Assembly: GCF_009914755.1 (NCBI RefSeq)
Contig: NC_060925.1
Length of the DNA stretch: 64,000 bases
Origin: the human T2T-CHM13v2.0 reference genome, Homo sapiens
Reading direction: 5' to 3' (one strand)
Part shown: piece after piece, positions 12,786-28,002 of the stretch
How the letters are laid out: each line of letters opens with the position of its first letter
Numbering within the stretch: position 1 is the first letter of the stretch
Translations under genes and position numbers: made by a program
The notes under the pieces: model-generated
Told to the model about the DNA's origin: nothing
The model's database searches: none
Seen by the model: only the letters and a program-made list of their open reading frames with translations

Positions 12786-15080
12786 TGTATTAGTCCATTT
12801 CCACGCTGCTGATAAAGACAGTCTTGCTGATACTGGGAAGATAAAGAAGTTTAATGGACTTACAGTTCTACATGGCTGGGGAGGCCTCACAGTCACAGTG
12901 GAAGGCAAGGAGGAGCATGTCACATCTTACATGGATAGCAGCAGGCAAAGAGAGAGAGCTTGTGCAGGGAAACTCCCATTTTTAAAACCATCAGATCTTG
13001 TGAGACTAATTCACTATCATGAGAACAGCACAGGAAAGACCCACCACCATAATTCAATCACCTTCCACTGGGTTCTTCCCATGACGTGTGGTAATTGTGG
13101 GAGTTATAATTCAAGATTAGATTTGGGTAAGGACACAGCCAAAATGTATCATTCCACCCCTGCCCCTCCAAAATCTCATGTCCTCACATGTCAAAACCAA
13201 TCATGCCTTCTGAACAGTCCCCCAAAGTCTTAACTCATTTCAGCATTAACTCAAAAGTCCACAGTCCAATGTCTCCTCTCAGACAAGGCAAGTCCCTTCC
13301 ACCTATGAGCCTGTAAAATCAAAAGCAAGTTAGTTACTTCCTAGATAGAATGGGGGTACAGGCATTGGGTAAATACAGCCATTACAAATGGGAGAAATTG
13401 GCCAAAACAAAGAAGCTACAGGCTCCCATGCAAGTACGAAATCCAGCGGGGCAGTCAAATCTTAAAGCTCCAAAATAATCCCCTTTGACTCCATGTCTCC
13501 CATCTGGGTCACACTAATGCAAGAGGTGGTTTCCCACAGCCTTGGGTAGCTCCACCTCTGTTGCTCTGCGGAGTACAACCTCCCTCCCGGCTGCTTTCAC
13601 AGGCTGGTGTTGAGTGTCTGTGGCTTTTCCAGGCACACAGTGCAAGCTGTCAATGGATCTACCATTCTGGGGTCTGGAAGATGGTGGCCTTCTTCCCACA
13701 GCTCCACTAGGGAGTGCCCCAGTAGGGACTCTGTGTGGGGGCTCCAACCCCACAGTTCCCTCTGCCCTAGCAGAGGTTCTCCAAGAGAGCCTTGCTCCTG
13801 TAGCAAACATCTGCCTGGAAATCCAGGCATTTCCATACATCCTCTGAAATCTAGGCAGAGGTCTCTGAACCTCAATTCTTGACTTCTGTGCACATACAGG
13901 CTCAACATCACATAGAAGCTGCCAAGGCTTTGGGCTTGCACCCTCTGAAGTCATGGCCCAAGCTGTACCTTGGCCCTTTTTAGTCATGGCTGAAGCAGCT
14001 GGGATGCAGGACACTAAGTCCCTAAACTGCACACAGCAGAGGGACGCTGGGCCTGGCCCACAAAATATTTTTTCCTCCTAGCCCTCTGGGTCTGTGATGG
14101 AAGGGGCTGCCACAATGGTCTCTGACATGCCCTGGAGACATTTTCCTCATTGTCTTGGTGATTAACATTCTGCTCCTTGTTACGTATGCAAATTTCTGCA
14201 GCTGGCTTGAATTTATCCTCTGAAAATGTGAATTTCTTTTCTATTGCACTAGGAGGCTGCAACTTTTCAAACTTTTATGCTCTGTTTCCCTTTTAAAACT
14301 GAATGCCTTTAACAGCACCCAAGTCACCTTTTGAATGCTCTTCTGCTTAGAAATTTCTTCCACCAGATACCCTAAGTCATCTCCCTCAAGTTCAAAGTTC
14401 CCCAAATTGCTAGCGCAGGGGCAAAATGGCACCAATATCTTTGCTAAAACATAACAAGAGACACCATTGTTCCAGTTCCCAACAAGTTCCTTATCTCCAC
14501 CTGAGACCACCTCAGCCTGGATTTCATTGTCCACATCATTATCAGCATTTTGGTCAAAGCCATTCAACAAATCTTTAGGGAGTTCCAAACTTTCCCACAT
14601 TTTCCTGTCATCTTCTGAGCCCTCCAAATTGTTCCAACCTTTGCCTGTTACCCAGTTCCAAAGTCATTTCCACATTTTTGGGTATCTTTTCAGCAATGCC
14701 CCACTCTACTGGTATCAATTTGCTGTATTAGTCCATGTTCATGCTGCTCGTAAAGACATACTTGAGACTGGAAATAAAAAGAGATTTAATGGAGTTATAG
14801 TTCCACATGGCTGGAGAGGCCTCACAATCATGGCAGAAGGTAAGAAGAAGCGAGTCACATCTTACATGAATGGTGCAGGCAAAGAGAGCTTGTGCAGGGA
14901 AACTCCTGTTTTTAAAACCATCAGATCTTGTGAAACTCACTCAATATCATGAGAACAGTGCAGGAAAGACCCGCCCCCATAATTCAATCACCTCCCAAGT
15001 GTTCCTCCCATGACATGTGAGAATTGTGGGAGTTAAAATTCAAGATGAGATTTGATTGGGGACACAGCCAAATCATATGA
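12786..15080 (-). mobile_element. Full-length THE1B-like MaLR provirus (LTR 12786-13151, internal 13152-14723, LTR 14724-15080), inserted in a MIR
   Basis: Two ~360-bp direct-repeat LTRs around a ~1.57-kb THE1-int; TSD TATGT/TAAGT; MIR halves at ~12700-12785 and ~15081-15225. Confidence 0.95.
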
Positions 15081-15945
15081 TAAGTAATCTTGCACAATTT
15101 AAGTCCTTTTGAATTTCAGTTTTCTTATCTTTAAAATGGGGATGCACTCCTACTGGCGGATTAGCTGTGATGTTTAAAAGGGGGAACATGTGAACAGTGC
15201 TGGCACTTGAGAGACACTCAATAAAACCAAGCATTCCTTCATTTGTTCATAACATCTGAGGCTGAGTCAATACCCCCATCAAGGAACCAAGCCACAGGAG
15301 GTAATGTAGAAGTCAGGGTGGCCCTGGCCTAGGTTAGGGTGGCAAATTGGGTGGGCCACTGTGGTTTCTAGAGAATGGTGACAGGAAATTAGTCAAGGAT
15401 GGCACCTCATTGCCTCAGACTACAAATAATTGCTTCTAACATTCTCCAAACTTAGAATCACTTCAAGGGGTGAGAGTGGGCCACATTTGGAACAAATTGT
15501 TAACAATAGGTGATTCATTAAACACACACACACACATAATTAAAACCTATTTAACACACATTTTATGAATGACTCTATAGCCATTAAAATAATTTTGAAT
15601 GGGAATTTTCTTTCTTCTTCATTTCTCTTAAAATTTCCTAGATGATATAGGGTTTTCTATTTTTCTTTTTGGTCTCCACTAGTTTTGGTCTCTACTTACT
15701 CTTCTACTTCTTTTTATTTTGTGTTTAGTGGTTACTTATTTTAAATTTTAACATGTTTATTAGTAAGCCTAACAATATCAAACAACAATATCAAGCAATT
15801 TCTACCTCACTGGAAGTTAGAAGATGCAATTCAAGCTTTCCCCATTCCCAGTCTCATCTTTTTGTTGACTAGTATTTCAGTATCACTTTGTTTTTAAATA
15901 CCCCAGTATTTAAAAAATATATATATATTTAGACATCATTTTTTA

Positions 15946-16126
15946 ACAAAATGTATTTATTTATTTTACTTTAAGTTCTGTGATGCACGTGCAGAATGTG
16001 CAGGTTTGTTACATAGGTATACGTGCGTCATGATGGTTTGCTGCACCTATCAACCCGTCATCTAGGTTTTAAGCCCCGCATGCATTAGGTATTTGTCCTA
16101 ATGCTCTCCTGTCAGTGGGTGGGGGG
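15946..16126 (-). mobile_element. Short L1PA (L1PA7/8-like) 3' end with a tiny 5' inversion
   Basis: Antisense L1PA 3' UTR TTTAAGTTCTG...CCTAATGCTCTCC; TSD GACATCATT(T/G)TTTA at 15932-15945 and 16127-16140. Confidence 0.85.
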
Positions 16127-16139
16127 GACATCATTGTTT

Positions 16140-17000
16140 ATTTAGAGTCACTGATGTGTTCACAACTTTATTTACATAGGTTTTCTTGGTTCCTATATCT
16201 TTCTTTGGGGTTTAATTTCCTACTTGTTGAAATGTATCCTTTAATATTTCTTTCAAAGAGGATTACTGAACAGTCAATAGTAAACTCAGTCTGCATCTAA
16301 AATTATCTGAAGGTAGTTTAATTGAACATAGCATTTCAATTAAGAAAGGTTGTTTCTTCATTATTTACAATTATTCTCTTGAATTCTGTCATTTTATACT
16401 AGTGAGATGACTACTTTCTGTCTTATGATTTTTCTCTTCTATTTTCTTAATCGCTTTCTTTGAGTAGAGTTTAAGATTTCCCCTTCGTGCAGTTCTGAGG
16501 GTTTTAGGATTTTCTTTCATGCTATGAGGTTCAAGCGTTTTACTATAAAGTGCCCATATGTGCATTTGTTTTATTGATTTTATGTGGGATTTTTTGAGTT
16601 TCTTCAGTCTGAGTACTCTCTTCACTTTGGAAAAATTGGCAGCCATTTTTTTTCCTCACAAGCTTCCTCTCCATAGTTTGTGTCTCTCCTTCTGGAATGC
16701 CTTTTAGATATACGTGGAAGCATTCATTCTCCCTCCTTGTCTCCTGGCAGTTTTGTGACTGTCTCTCCAGGCTGCTTCTTGGCCATCTCCTCTCATCTTC
16801 CTACTCACTAAATCTGTCGACTGAGTCCTTTCTACGAGTATCAGTTTCTGCAAGTACCATTTAGCCTGTGACAAACCTGCCAGCTAATATTTTTTGTACA
16901 CTCTCTTGGGTCCTCTGCTCCTTCTGTGGTCCCTGGAAATTTTAAATTAATTATTTTAAAATCTCCCTCACCCCTCTCTTGACCTCTGGCTCCTGCAGAG
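16140..17000 (-). mobile_element. Ancient L1M fragment
   Basis: T-rich, degenerate antisense L1 motifs (CCTTTAATATTTCTT, GGAAAAATTGGCAGCCATT, CTCTCCTTCTGGAATGCC). Confidence 0.45.
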
Positions 17001-17803
17001 CTACTCTTACTGTCATTGTACCTGCTGGGTTTGGCTTCCCTGTTCCTTTCCAAGAAGGATGTTTCTATGGTTTCTCCTGCATCCATCCCTGCTGTTTTCA
17101 TCACTAGCAGAAGCCTGGTTTTGATTGGGTGGCAATCAACTCAGGTAAAAATGGTCCTTCCCAGACCCCTGTGCAGCTAGCACTGGCTAGGTGACCTCCA
17201 TCCAGCCCATGGTGAGTGAGGTTTTGTCCCTGCACAGGGCCTTTTTCATCCTCCCATGCAGAGGTCACCATGCCCACCGTGGCTGCCCGCCTGGGTCTTT
17301 GGTTATATGAGGCAAAACAACAACAACAACAAACAAACAAGCGAAAAAACTAAAAACCAAAAGACAAAAAACCTTGCTTGCACAATTCCAGACAGAAAGT
17401 TCTATTAATTTCTTAGCCTGGGGTGCCTGCCCCAGAGCCAAGTGTAACTGTGCTGTCATATCCCACATGACCGTGTTCAGGGTTCTCATGTCTCACCGGA
17501 GAAACTATTCCCATCCACAGTTTATACTCCTGACCATATAGGCTGCAGGCTTTCTGTGGGTAGCCCCTCTCACACCCACAACACAAGGGCTCCACAGCTC
17601 TTCTGGGGATGTTGAACCCTTTGTCCTTAGGTCCAGGGCCCACGACTGAGTGAGGCATCAGCTCCCTCCTCTCCTTGCTTCCTTTGAGCACCTTCTTCCT
17701 TTCTGACCTGTGGATTTTCCTTTTGTCTTTTTGACCCTTACTGATATTCAGCCATTTCTTCCTTTTATTTAAACTGTGAGTAAACAGCTTTCCACATCAC
17801 ATC

Positions 17804-18172
17804 TGTATTAGCCTACTCTCATGCTGCTATAAAGAACTGCCTGAGACTGGGTAATTATTAAGGAAAGAGGTTTAATTGATTCGTGGTTCCGCAGGACTGG
17901 GGAGGCCTCAGGAAACTTACAATCATGGCAGAAGGGGAAGCAAATACATCTTCACATGGCAGCAGGAAGGAGAAGTGCTGAGCAAAAGGGGGAAAAGCCC
18001 CATACAGAATCATCAGATCTCATGAGAACTCACTCACTATCATGAGAACAACATAAGGGTGACTGCCCCCTGTGATTCTATTACTTCCCATCAGCTCTCT
18101 CCTATGACATGTGGGGATTATGAACTACAATTTAAGATGAGATTTGGATGGGGACACAGCCAAAGCATATCA
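17804..18172 (-). mobile_element. Solo THE1D-like LTR
   Basis: TGTATTAGCC...GGGACACAGCCAAAGCATATCA; TSD ACATC/GCATC. Confidence 0.92.
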
Positions 18173-18616
18173 GCATCCATTAGCTACATTGGCCAGAAGT
18201 CTCAACAACAAGGATCTTTTATCCTCTAATAATAGCTGGAAATCGCTTCTCCCATAGAATACACAAGTGTACGGAACACACATGTTGTGCATCTGTATCA
18301 CCATGGGCACTCACAGAGGCATCTCCAGGTTAAGAATCCATGTTTCAAAATGAATATTTGTTAGCATGGATGGATATTTATTTTATATTACATTTTGTAA
18401 AGGTGGATACAAATTTTATGTGGTTATGATAGTATTTGGGAGATATACATGTGCATGTACGTTTGCCAATGTGTGCATGATCTTTACATGTACAAGTATG
18501 TGTATATGGATATTCCCAAATGCTATCATAACCACAGATAACTTTTATCTCTATCATAACCACATATAATTTTTATATTAATTTTTATGGCTTCTCCCAA
18601 ATGTTAATAATTATTT

Positions 18617-18927
<311 letters not shown>

Positions 18928-18947
18928 TTATCAGGGTTTTATGATTA

Positions 18948-19306
18948 TGTCTGTTCGGGCTGCTATAACAAAATACCATAAACTGGGTGGCTTATAAACC
19001 ACATAAATATATCTTTCTCAGTGCAGAAGACTGGAGAGTCTAAGATCAAGGTGCCAGGAGATCTGATGTCTGCTGAGGGCCTACTTCCTGGTTCATGGAC
19101 TGCATCTTCTCTCTCTGTGCTCACATGGTGGAAGGGATGAGGGAGGTCTCTCAGGTCTCTTTTACAAGGATGCTAATCCCATTCATGAAGACTCCACCCC
19201 TATGACCTAATCGCTCCTCAAAAGCCCCACCTCCAATCTCATCACCTCCAGGTTTAGAACGTCAATATATGCATTTTGGGGGTAACACAAACTTGCAGAC
19301 CATACC
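18948..19306 (-). mobile_element. MLT1A-like LTR
   Basis: GGGCTGCTATAACAAAATACCATAAACTGGGTGGCTTATAAAC...ACAAACTTGCAGACCATA. Confidence 0.85.
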
Positions 19307-20884
19307 TATGTGTGGCTTAGTTCTTTCCATTTATATGAATGCATTAGCTAAAAGTTTATTATAACATTTATTTGTTTTGAAATACAATAGAGAGAACTGG
19401 ACTTCCTATACCTTTGTAAGCTGAAACAAAACTCCCTTCCCAAATCAACACAAGCTAATTTGCTGAACTTGAGGGGATGTACTCTCAGAAAAGATCATAA
19501 ATCCGTTCTAACAATCCCACCATCCCAGAGCAGGTTGCTGGTCCTCTCCATTTGGAAGCTGCAATTTGAATCCACTTACAAATCCCACAAGTAAGCCAGG
19601 TGCCATCTCCCTCAAGGGGACCTGTCACTTCCCTCCCTGAAATTGGCCTGGATGGCTTGGACGACTTCCGTAAAACCAACGTGACGATCTACCATCATGG
19701 AAAACCTTCAGAGAGGGTGGTATGCTCTCTGGAGAAAATCCCGAAGACCAAGTTTCTCTTTGGGCCACAGCATGCGTCTTTCTTCTGAGTCCCTGGAGAG
19801 GAGTGTTTTGTGGGATTTTTTTTCTGGTGCGCTCTCAGGGATGTGCATTCCATGGGGCTGCCACATCCTAGAGGTAGATGTTCTCTAACACGGGTACTAG
19901 TGCAGGGCTTGGCTCCTATCTCTGAGATGGAAGCTTGCAGGGTCTTGCGTGGGGAGCCGGTCCAGGCACCAGTCACTGTTTTATCCAGGCTCCTTCTTGC
20001 CCACTAGCTCACACAAGCTTCCAAACTCATCGTCTTGCATTAATACTCTGAGCCTCCAAGTCACCCCACATGCCCCAGATGGTGATTACTAGCCCAGCAC
20101 CAGCCAATTTAGATTCAGTACGCTGACCCAGTGCCACAGAGTGTCCTATTATGACAGTGATCAGACTTTAAATGGTCTGTTTGGCCATTGAGAAGGGTCC
20201 TCAAAGGACTAATTCGGCTTTTGTTAATGAGGGCTTTTTAAAATTTCCTGGCACTGCTTTTCTTGATGTATGACGGATTTATGATTCATGGAGGATTTTA
20301 AAATTAATGTTGGCCTGGTGGAAGATAAATCTGACACAGGATTTATTGGCATAGTAAAGAATTAGAGGTTCCCTCCCCACGAGTATGAAAACATCAGCCA
20401 GAATGCGTTCACCAGACACCCTGCACCATGTTTCAGAGAATCCTCAGGTAGCGGGCCTAGCAGGGAAGAAATAAAGTCTGCAGCCTGCAGGACGAAGTCA
20501 GCAGAGGAAGCCAACTGACCCGTGGTCCCGGAAAAGGAGGGGGAGCAGGGAGCCTCCAGGAGAAGCTGGTTAAGTCTGCCCCTGTTGCAGCAACCTCCAA
20601 TTCTGTTGGCCTTTATTGGACCCATAAATAATGTGTATAGCTCGAATGGCTGGTGCCACGGTGGGGAGTGCCCATGCAAATTCAGAACGGGAATAAACTT
20701 GATGGATGCCCTGGGTGTCTCCTGCTGGCAATAGGAAATCGTGCGGGAATCGGCCGGGCCATTTCCTCGGTGCACTCTATTCTGTCCTGGTGGGTTCCAT
20801 ATATTTCAGTCAAAATTTCTGTCGCTGAACACTGAGATTCAAAGTTAGGTGGCCATCTGGCCTTCCCAATTTAAACACAAACAC

Positions 20885-21460
<576 letters not shown>

Positions 21461-22014
21461 TGCGTCCATGAAGTGACTGTTAGGAGTAAGACCCCCTGGC
21501 ATTCCCTGATTTGGCGTCCAAGGGGTGAGACCCGGCTCTAAGTGTCTTCCGACCCTCTCTTGTGCACCGTGTGTATGGATTTTGTTCTTTAAAATTCTGT
21601 ATGAGATCCTCAGGCAAGTACTCATTGCCTCGATTCCCCAAATCCACAGGAGTAAATGTCACCAAGACTCTGAACCCCAAAGACGAAAAAACCTGTGCAG
21701 CTCCATGAGGGCCACTGGCTGCCAACACAGAGACCGTCTCTCTTTGTCCTGGCAGCTGCCTTGGGTGACCACATTGGTTCTCCAGGGTCTTGGTGTCGGT
21801 GGTTTGAGGACTTTGCTGTTGCTTTTCAGCAACACAGCTCAGACAATAGGGAAACACGATGACCCACGATGCTTACCAAATGGCAGAGAGGCACTCTTCT
21901 CTGCAGAATGCAAATCTCCACGTGGAATGGCCGCAGCCCCTGAGATAAGCAAAGGCCCTCGGCTGGTTTTATGTCCACAGCTATGTCTTCCTTCATTCTT
22001 GCAGTCTGTTCTAT

Positions 22015-22688
22015 TTCCACCCCAGCTGGGTGCACTGCCATGCAATTCTGATGCCAACCACCCAGGGTTAGTGTCAGACTCCCCAGGTCAAGCACTCGGT
22101 CCTCCACAGACTGCCCCAGTTACATGCCAGCTCCGAGTGGAGTCTCCAGGCTACCAGCATCCCTGACCGACTGACATAAATTCAGAGACTTCTGAGACCC
22201 TTCCCCAGGTTTGAAAATCTACTAAAAAGACTCACAGAATCCAGGAAAGCTCTGTACTGCAGTTTTACTATAAAGGATACACAGAGGGTCAGCAAAATGA
22301 AGAGTCATAGGTGAGGTCTGGGAGGGAGCTCTGAGTTTCCGGACCCTCTCTCTGTGGAATCCTGGTGTGTCACCCACCTAGTACAGAAATGTGGAGGCAG
22401 GAAGCTCCACGAAGCCTCAGTGTCCAGAGGCTCAACTGGGATTTCTCTGTGTAGGCATGATTAATCTTGGGACAAGGGATTGAATTCAATCTCAACCCTT
22501 CCCCACCGCAGGTCACATGCGTGATCTTTCTGGTGACCAGCCCCCTCCTGGAGCTATCTAGGAGCCCGCCATGATTCACCTCATTAGCATAACAAAGATA
22601 CTCCTATCATTAGGATATTCTAAGGGTTTTTGAAGCTCTGGGTCAGGAACCAGATACAAAGACCAGATATCTTTCAAATTATCCATGG
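22015..22688 (-). mobile_element. MER21-family LTR
   Basis: CAATTCTGATGCCAACCACCCAGGGTTAGTGTCAGAC...CTCATTAGCATAACAAAGATACTCCTATCA...CAAAGACCAGATAT, typical of antisense MER21. Confidence 0.75.
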
Positions 22689-23546
22689 AGTCTTTGCTCA
22701 GATGGTTAGCTGTCCCCAGCACTGTGTCAGTATGTCATGAATACTGTGTCCCCAACACAGTATTCAGATGGCCTTATAGATGCCAACTGTTGTCCCCATG
22801 CAGGTCGAGCTGTGGATCACACCTGCCTGGCAGGCTCTGTCCTGTGGGTGAGAGGCTGGAGGGCCCCGGTGGATTTCAGCCCCCATCATCTTGAGGATTC
22901 TCATCAAAGAACCCTGAGCATGCAAAGGATCAAAGATCTGGGGTTAGAACAAGTAAAGACAAGGCCATCGCTGTTACTATCACTTTGTCCTCACTTTTCT
23001 CTAGCGAGTAGGTCAAGGAGGTCACTCTTATTGAACATATTTTGCATTTTTAAGCCACAGCTGAAGGAGCACAGAGGGTAGGTCAGAGATATTATTAACT
23101 ATTCAGGACTGATGGAGGCCCGAGACGGGGGGTGTCACTTTCCTGCATAATTACGTGAGCTGTAAAACGTGAAAGGCCTTTTGGCCCTCATGCCCTTTCT
23201 GTTCTGTTTTCTTCCTTGTTGACTTTTTGTCTCACTGGGCTTAAATAAACTCTCCTTCCAGGGGACGAAAGGGCATTTACTGGAGGCGAGCTCCCTCTTG
23301 TATTAACCAGGCAGGGAGAAAATGTGAACAGATGAAAGGAGATCTGAGACACTTGCATACGTTAAGCTAGGCTGGACCCATAACATCCCTTCCCACCGTT
23401 CGTCTCTGCTGAAGCCTTCTGCGTGTTGCAGGGTCCTGGCAGATGTGGTCCCTGAGCTCAAGGTTGGCCACAGGGGCTGTTGTGTTGGCTGGCATTCAAG
23501 CAGGGCCCAGGGAGGCAGGCACCAGGGCGCTGTGGGCTTGCTTTGC

Positions 23547-23930
23547 TGCGTTCATTTGGCTCAGGCCACTATCTGCCATCACCATAGACTGCGGGCTTCA
23601 ACAACAGACGTTCATTTCTCACAGTTCTAGAGGCTGGGAAGTCCAAGATCAAGGGGCTGAGTGATTCAGTCCCAGGAGAGGGCCCTCCTCTTGGCTTGCA
23701 GATGACCAGCTACCATCTCACTCTGTCTTCACATGGCCTTTCCTTGGTGTGTGGGCAGGGACCAGGGGAGGGGAGGTGTCTCTCCTTAGAAGGACACTAA
23801 TCCCATTAAATCAAGGCTCCATCTTTATGAACACATTTAACCATAGTCACTTTATTACTTCAAATACAGCCACATGTGGGGTCAGGGCTTCAACATATGA
23901 GTCTTGAGGGGACACACTGAGTCCATAGTA
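23547..23930 (-). mobile_element. MLT1A-like LTR
   Basis: ATTTCTCACAGTTCTAGAGGCTGGGAAGTCCAAGATCAAGG...GGGCTTCAACATATGA...GTCCATAGTA. Confidence 0.85.
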
Positions 23931-24192
23931 CCCGGGTTTCATGGATAGGGTATTATAAAATGATTTAGAAATTCTTTTTGACTTCCCACTACTCTTCCTT
24001 TCATCCCCTTTCTTCTCTGCCCTTCTGACACATGTATAACGTTTAGACTTTAAAGGAAAACTTGAAGGTTTCAGGGATGGCCATTATTAAGTGTGTTGAC
24101 AGGCAAGCAGTGGAGTTCACAGCCAGAGTCAAGCCCTGGAGAGCTGCTGTCTCTGGTAGTTCTTTTCCTTGTTTCCCTAATAGGAACATTAG

Positions 24193-24825
<633 letters not shown>

Positions 24826-25609
24826 TAAAAAGTACACGAGAATCTTCTAAGGGTTTTTAAGCACCCAGAACATAACAGGGAAATTGGTCTGATAGAGCAC
24901 CGTGGTTGATTCAGGCAATAACACATATAATATTGCATTCTGGAAACGTTGGCACCTCCGCCGGCAGTCTCATCCACAGGCACAACTTTAAATAAGACAC
25001 TTTGTTATTAAATAAAACCTCCTTGCAGACAGGGACCATAAGGGCTTGCCAGGTCAGTCATTTAGGTTTGAAATCTCCTTTAATATGAATTTCCAGAGGA
25101 TATTACAAAAGGCCCTACGTGGGCAATAAAACACATTGTAGGAAGCTGCTAAATATGCATTTCTGCAATGGGCCTCTTTTAACGTCCGTAAATACATATG
25201 CATGAGGCACAGATAACACTCGCCTGTGCTTCGCTCTGGGAAGCATCTTCTGGGAGACACAGCAATAAGCCTTCTCCATTCACCTTGGAGCCAGCAGCCC
25301 AACCAAGGCCAGCCTGGAGATGTTAGAGGGAGCGAGATGCTCTCGTCTCACAGGTGGGAACGGCAGGCAGACCCTCTGGCATTGTGGAAGGAATCCAGAA
25401 CCTTCCCCACCCTGGGCCCCCAGCCAGGGGACACTGGTCTCTCTGGGTCGGCCCATCCCCTGGTGACCGGGTTAGTTTTTATTTCTGTCTTCTGCCTGCG
25501 TGGGCCCCAGAGACAGACCCACCTGCCCCATTTACTGTGGGCACCCCTGCTCAGGACACTGCATTCAGCACATCAGAGAGTCACTCCTGCTTTTAAGGGG
25601 TGACAATGG

Positions 25610-26055
25610 TGCGGGAGCTTCCTGGAGCTGCTGTGAGAAAGGACCACAGGCTGAGTGGCTTAAAACAACAGGAAGTTACTCTGTCACAGTCTGGAGGGTA
25701 GAGGTATGAGTGCAAGGTGTGGGCAGGGCTGGTTCCCTCCAGAGGCTGTGATCCATTCCGGGCCTCCCTGCAGCTCCTCCTGCCTGCTGACAGTCCGGCT
25801 TTCCTTGGCTTGTAGATGCGTCACCCCAGTCTCTGCCTCTGTCCTCATGTGCTCTCTTCCCTGTGGGTCTGTGTTTTCTCTTTTTATAAGGACATTAGTC
25901 ATATTGGATTGGGACCCACCCTGCTCCCATAGGATCTCATTTTAACCAGTTACATCTGCAATGACCCTACTTCCAAAAGGTCACATTTTGAGGTACTGGG
26001 GGTTAAGACTACAATGTATCTTTTTTTTGGGGGGGTCTCAATTTAGTCCGTAACA
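25610..26055 (-). mobile_element. MLT1C-like LTR
   Basis: GTGGCTTAAAACAACAGGAAG...ACATCTGCAATGACCCTACTTCCAAAAGGTCACATT...GTCCGTAACA. Confidence 0.85.
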
Positions 26056-26769
26056 AAAGGCTTTCATTCTTAGTAGCTGTGGACATTGTAGCTGTGTTTT
26101 CAGGATCACGAAATCATTGTTTCATTTATTAATACTCAAGTTGTGCACAGCCATCAAGCACCTCCCAGGCATTGTGTAAGCTCTGGGGACCCAATGGGGG
26201 AGTGAGCCCAGAGCTGCCCCTGCTGGAGGACACTCAGGTCAAAGGTGAGGAAGGAGGGAGAGGGCACCTGGTGGGCAGGACCTGGTGAGCAGGCCACAGG
26301 AAGGAAATTCATCTTTGTCCTGAGAGAAAAGGCAACGTTGCCAGATCCATCAGGTCATAAGTGCAATCAGACTTGGGTTTAAATAGAGCGGCAGATGGAG
26401 AGGGCTGCTGAGAGGGCCGGCACTGATGTGGGCACCTGGGTAAGCAGGCTGCTGCCTGGGCTGGGGAGAAGAGAACCAAGGAGGCAAGAGAGACTCAGCC
26501 GGGGGCAGACCCAAAGCCGGGAGCAGGGAGTGGTGCCCAAAGACCTTGGTGGGACTGAGATGGGATGACGTTCCCGGTGACCCAGGGAGCATTGGATGCT
26601 CACAAATGCTCAGCGCCGCCTAAGAACACAGGACACAGCTGGTCACTCCTGCTATTGGCAGAGGAGAGGAAGGACAGGGGCTACACACCCAAAACAAACA
26701 AACAAACAACAAGAGGCATGGTGGCTTTCATGAAGTTCTGCCACTGCTTAGAAGTCTCCAGCAATATAA

Positions 26770-27450
26770 TCAAAAAGCAGTATCTAGTTTTCACTTGTTT
26801 AATTGGCCAAAAAAACAAAAAGGGAAAATAATATTCAGTGCTGTAAGGCTGGGATGAAGTATCACTGCTGCGTGCTTTGCTGGTGGAAGTGCAAATTAGT
26901 GAAACCTTTGGAGAAGACAATTGAGCAAAACGCTTTCCTGTCTGGCAAACTGCTGCTGACAATTTATCCTAAAGCAAAAATCATACCTGTGCAAAATCTT
27001 ACACAGATGAAATGTCAGGGGAACATTCTTCAGAATAAAGCGACTCTTAGTCACTTATATTTTCAGCAGAAGACGAGAAGTTTAAAAACCTAGGGACTGT
27101 CCACACTGTGGGATATTAGGCAGTCATTTAAATTGTGGTTTAAAAACTAACCAATGGGAAAATGGCTGCAATCTAAAATGAAAAATTCTAGATGTAAATT
27201 TATATTTTAGTGTGTCTCTGCCATAGGGGAAGATGTATATGACATGCTATTAAGTGAAAAATGCTGACTACGAAATTATTGATGGTATAAATGGAAGGAT
27301 GGGTGTTTGTATTTGTGTGTGAATATATGTGAGTTATGCATGGCTGTATATATTAGAAAATTGAGTGAAACAAAATACACCAAATGGCTAACAGTGGTTA
27401 TTTCTGTGTGATGGGGTTTAAGGTTATATTAAAACATTTGCTTGTATGTT
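26770..27450 (+). mobile_element. Old L1ME-like 3' fragments
   Basis: TGCTGGTGGAAGTGCAAATTAGTGAAACCTTTGGAGAAGACAATT; CACCAAATGGCTAACAGTGGTTATTTCTG. Confidence 0.55.
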
Positions 27451-27835
27451 TTTATATTAAAGAAACACATTTGCAGCCTGTGTTCATTGTAGAAAACTGG
27501 GGCAACTTGGAAAAACATGTATTATTTTAAAACATTCTAATGGAACATAGATCTTTGAGTGTCTTCTTTCTTAAACCACTTTGCTGAGTCCTAGTTCTTC
27601 ATTTTTCCCCTGGGAGACAGCCTCACCACTTTTATTTCAGGAGCGAGTTCTCCCCCAGGCTGGAGGGCTGGGTGCTGGACGTGCTCTGACCCCCGAGGCT
27701 CTCGCAGGACACTCAGAGATGGCTCTTGATCCAATGGTGTCTTGCTTCTGCACACTGGAGTCACTGTGGGCACCTGCCCAGGTGAGCAGATGTGAACAAT
27801 CCAAAAATTGGAAGAGTGAGAACAAGAAAGAGGTG

Positions 27836-27971
27836 ATGTGTGTGTGTGTTTTTACATATGTGAGTGTGTTTGTGTATTTGTGTATGTGTGTGCATGTGTG
27901 AGTGTATGTCTGTTTGCATATATGTGTGAGTGTATGTGTGTGCATGCATGTATCAGTGTTTATTTGTGTGT

Positions 27972-28002
<31 letters not shown>
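27836..28002. repeat. Imperfect (TG)n microsatellite with a pure GT core at ~27974-28002
   Basis: Direct reading. Confidence 0.9.

Noticed and set aside
13514-14952. 100-170-aa ORFs here and at 30464-31938
   Set aside because: They lie within THE1 internal/LTR sequence and are fragmented remnants, not host genes
19600-20040. Possible processed pseudogene in unique GC-moderate sequence
   Set aside because: No recognisable protein in the frames examined, no poly-A and no TSD
20500-20830. Possible CpG island/promoter
   Set aside because: Only scattered CpGs; density looks well below island level and no promoter architecture is evident
21525-22166. 213-aa ORF
   Set aside because: Non-ATG start, no recognisable domain, and it runs into a MER21 LTR
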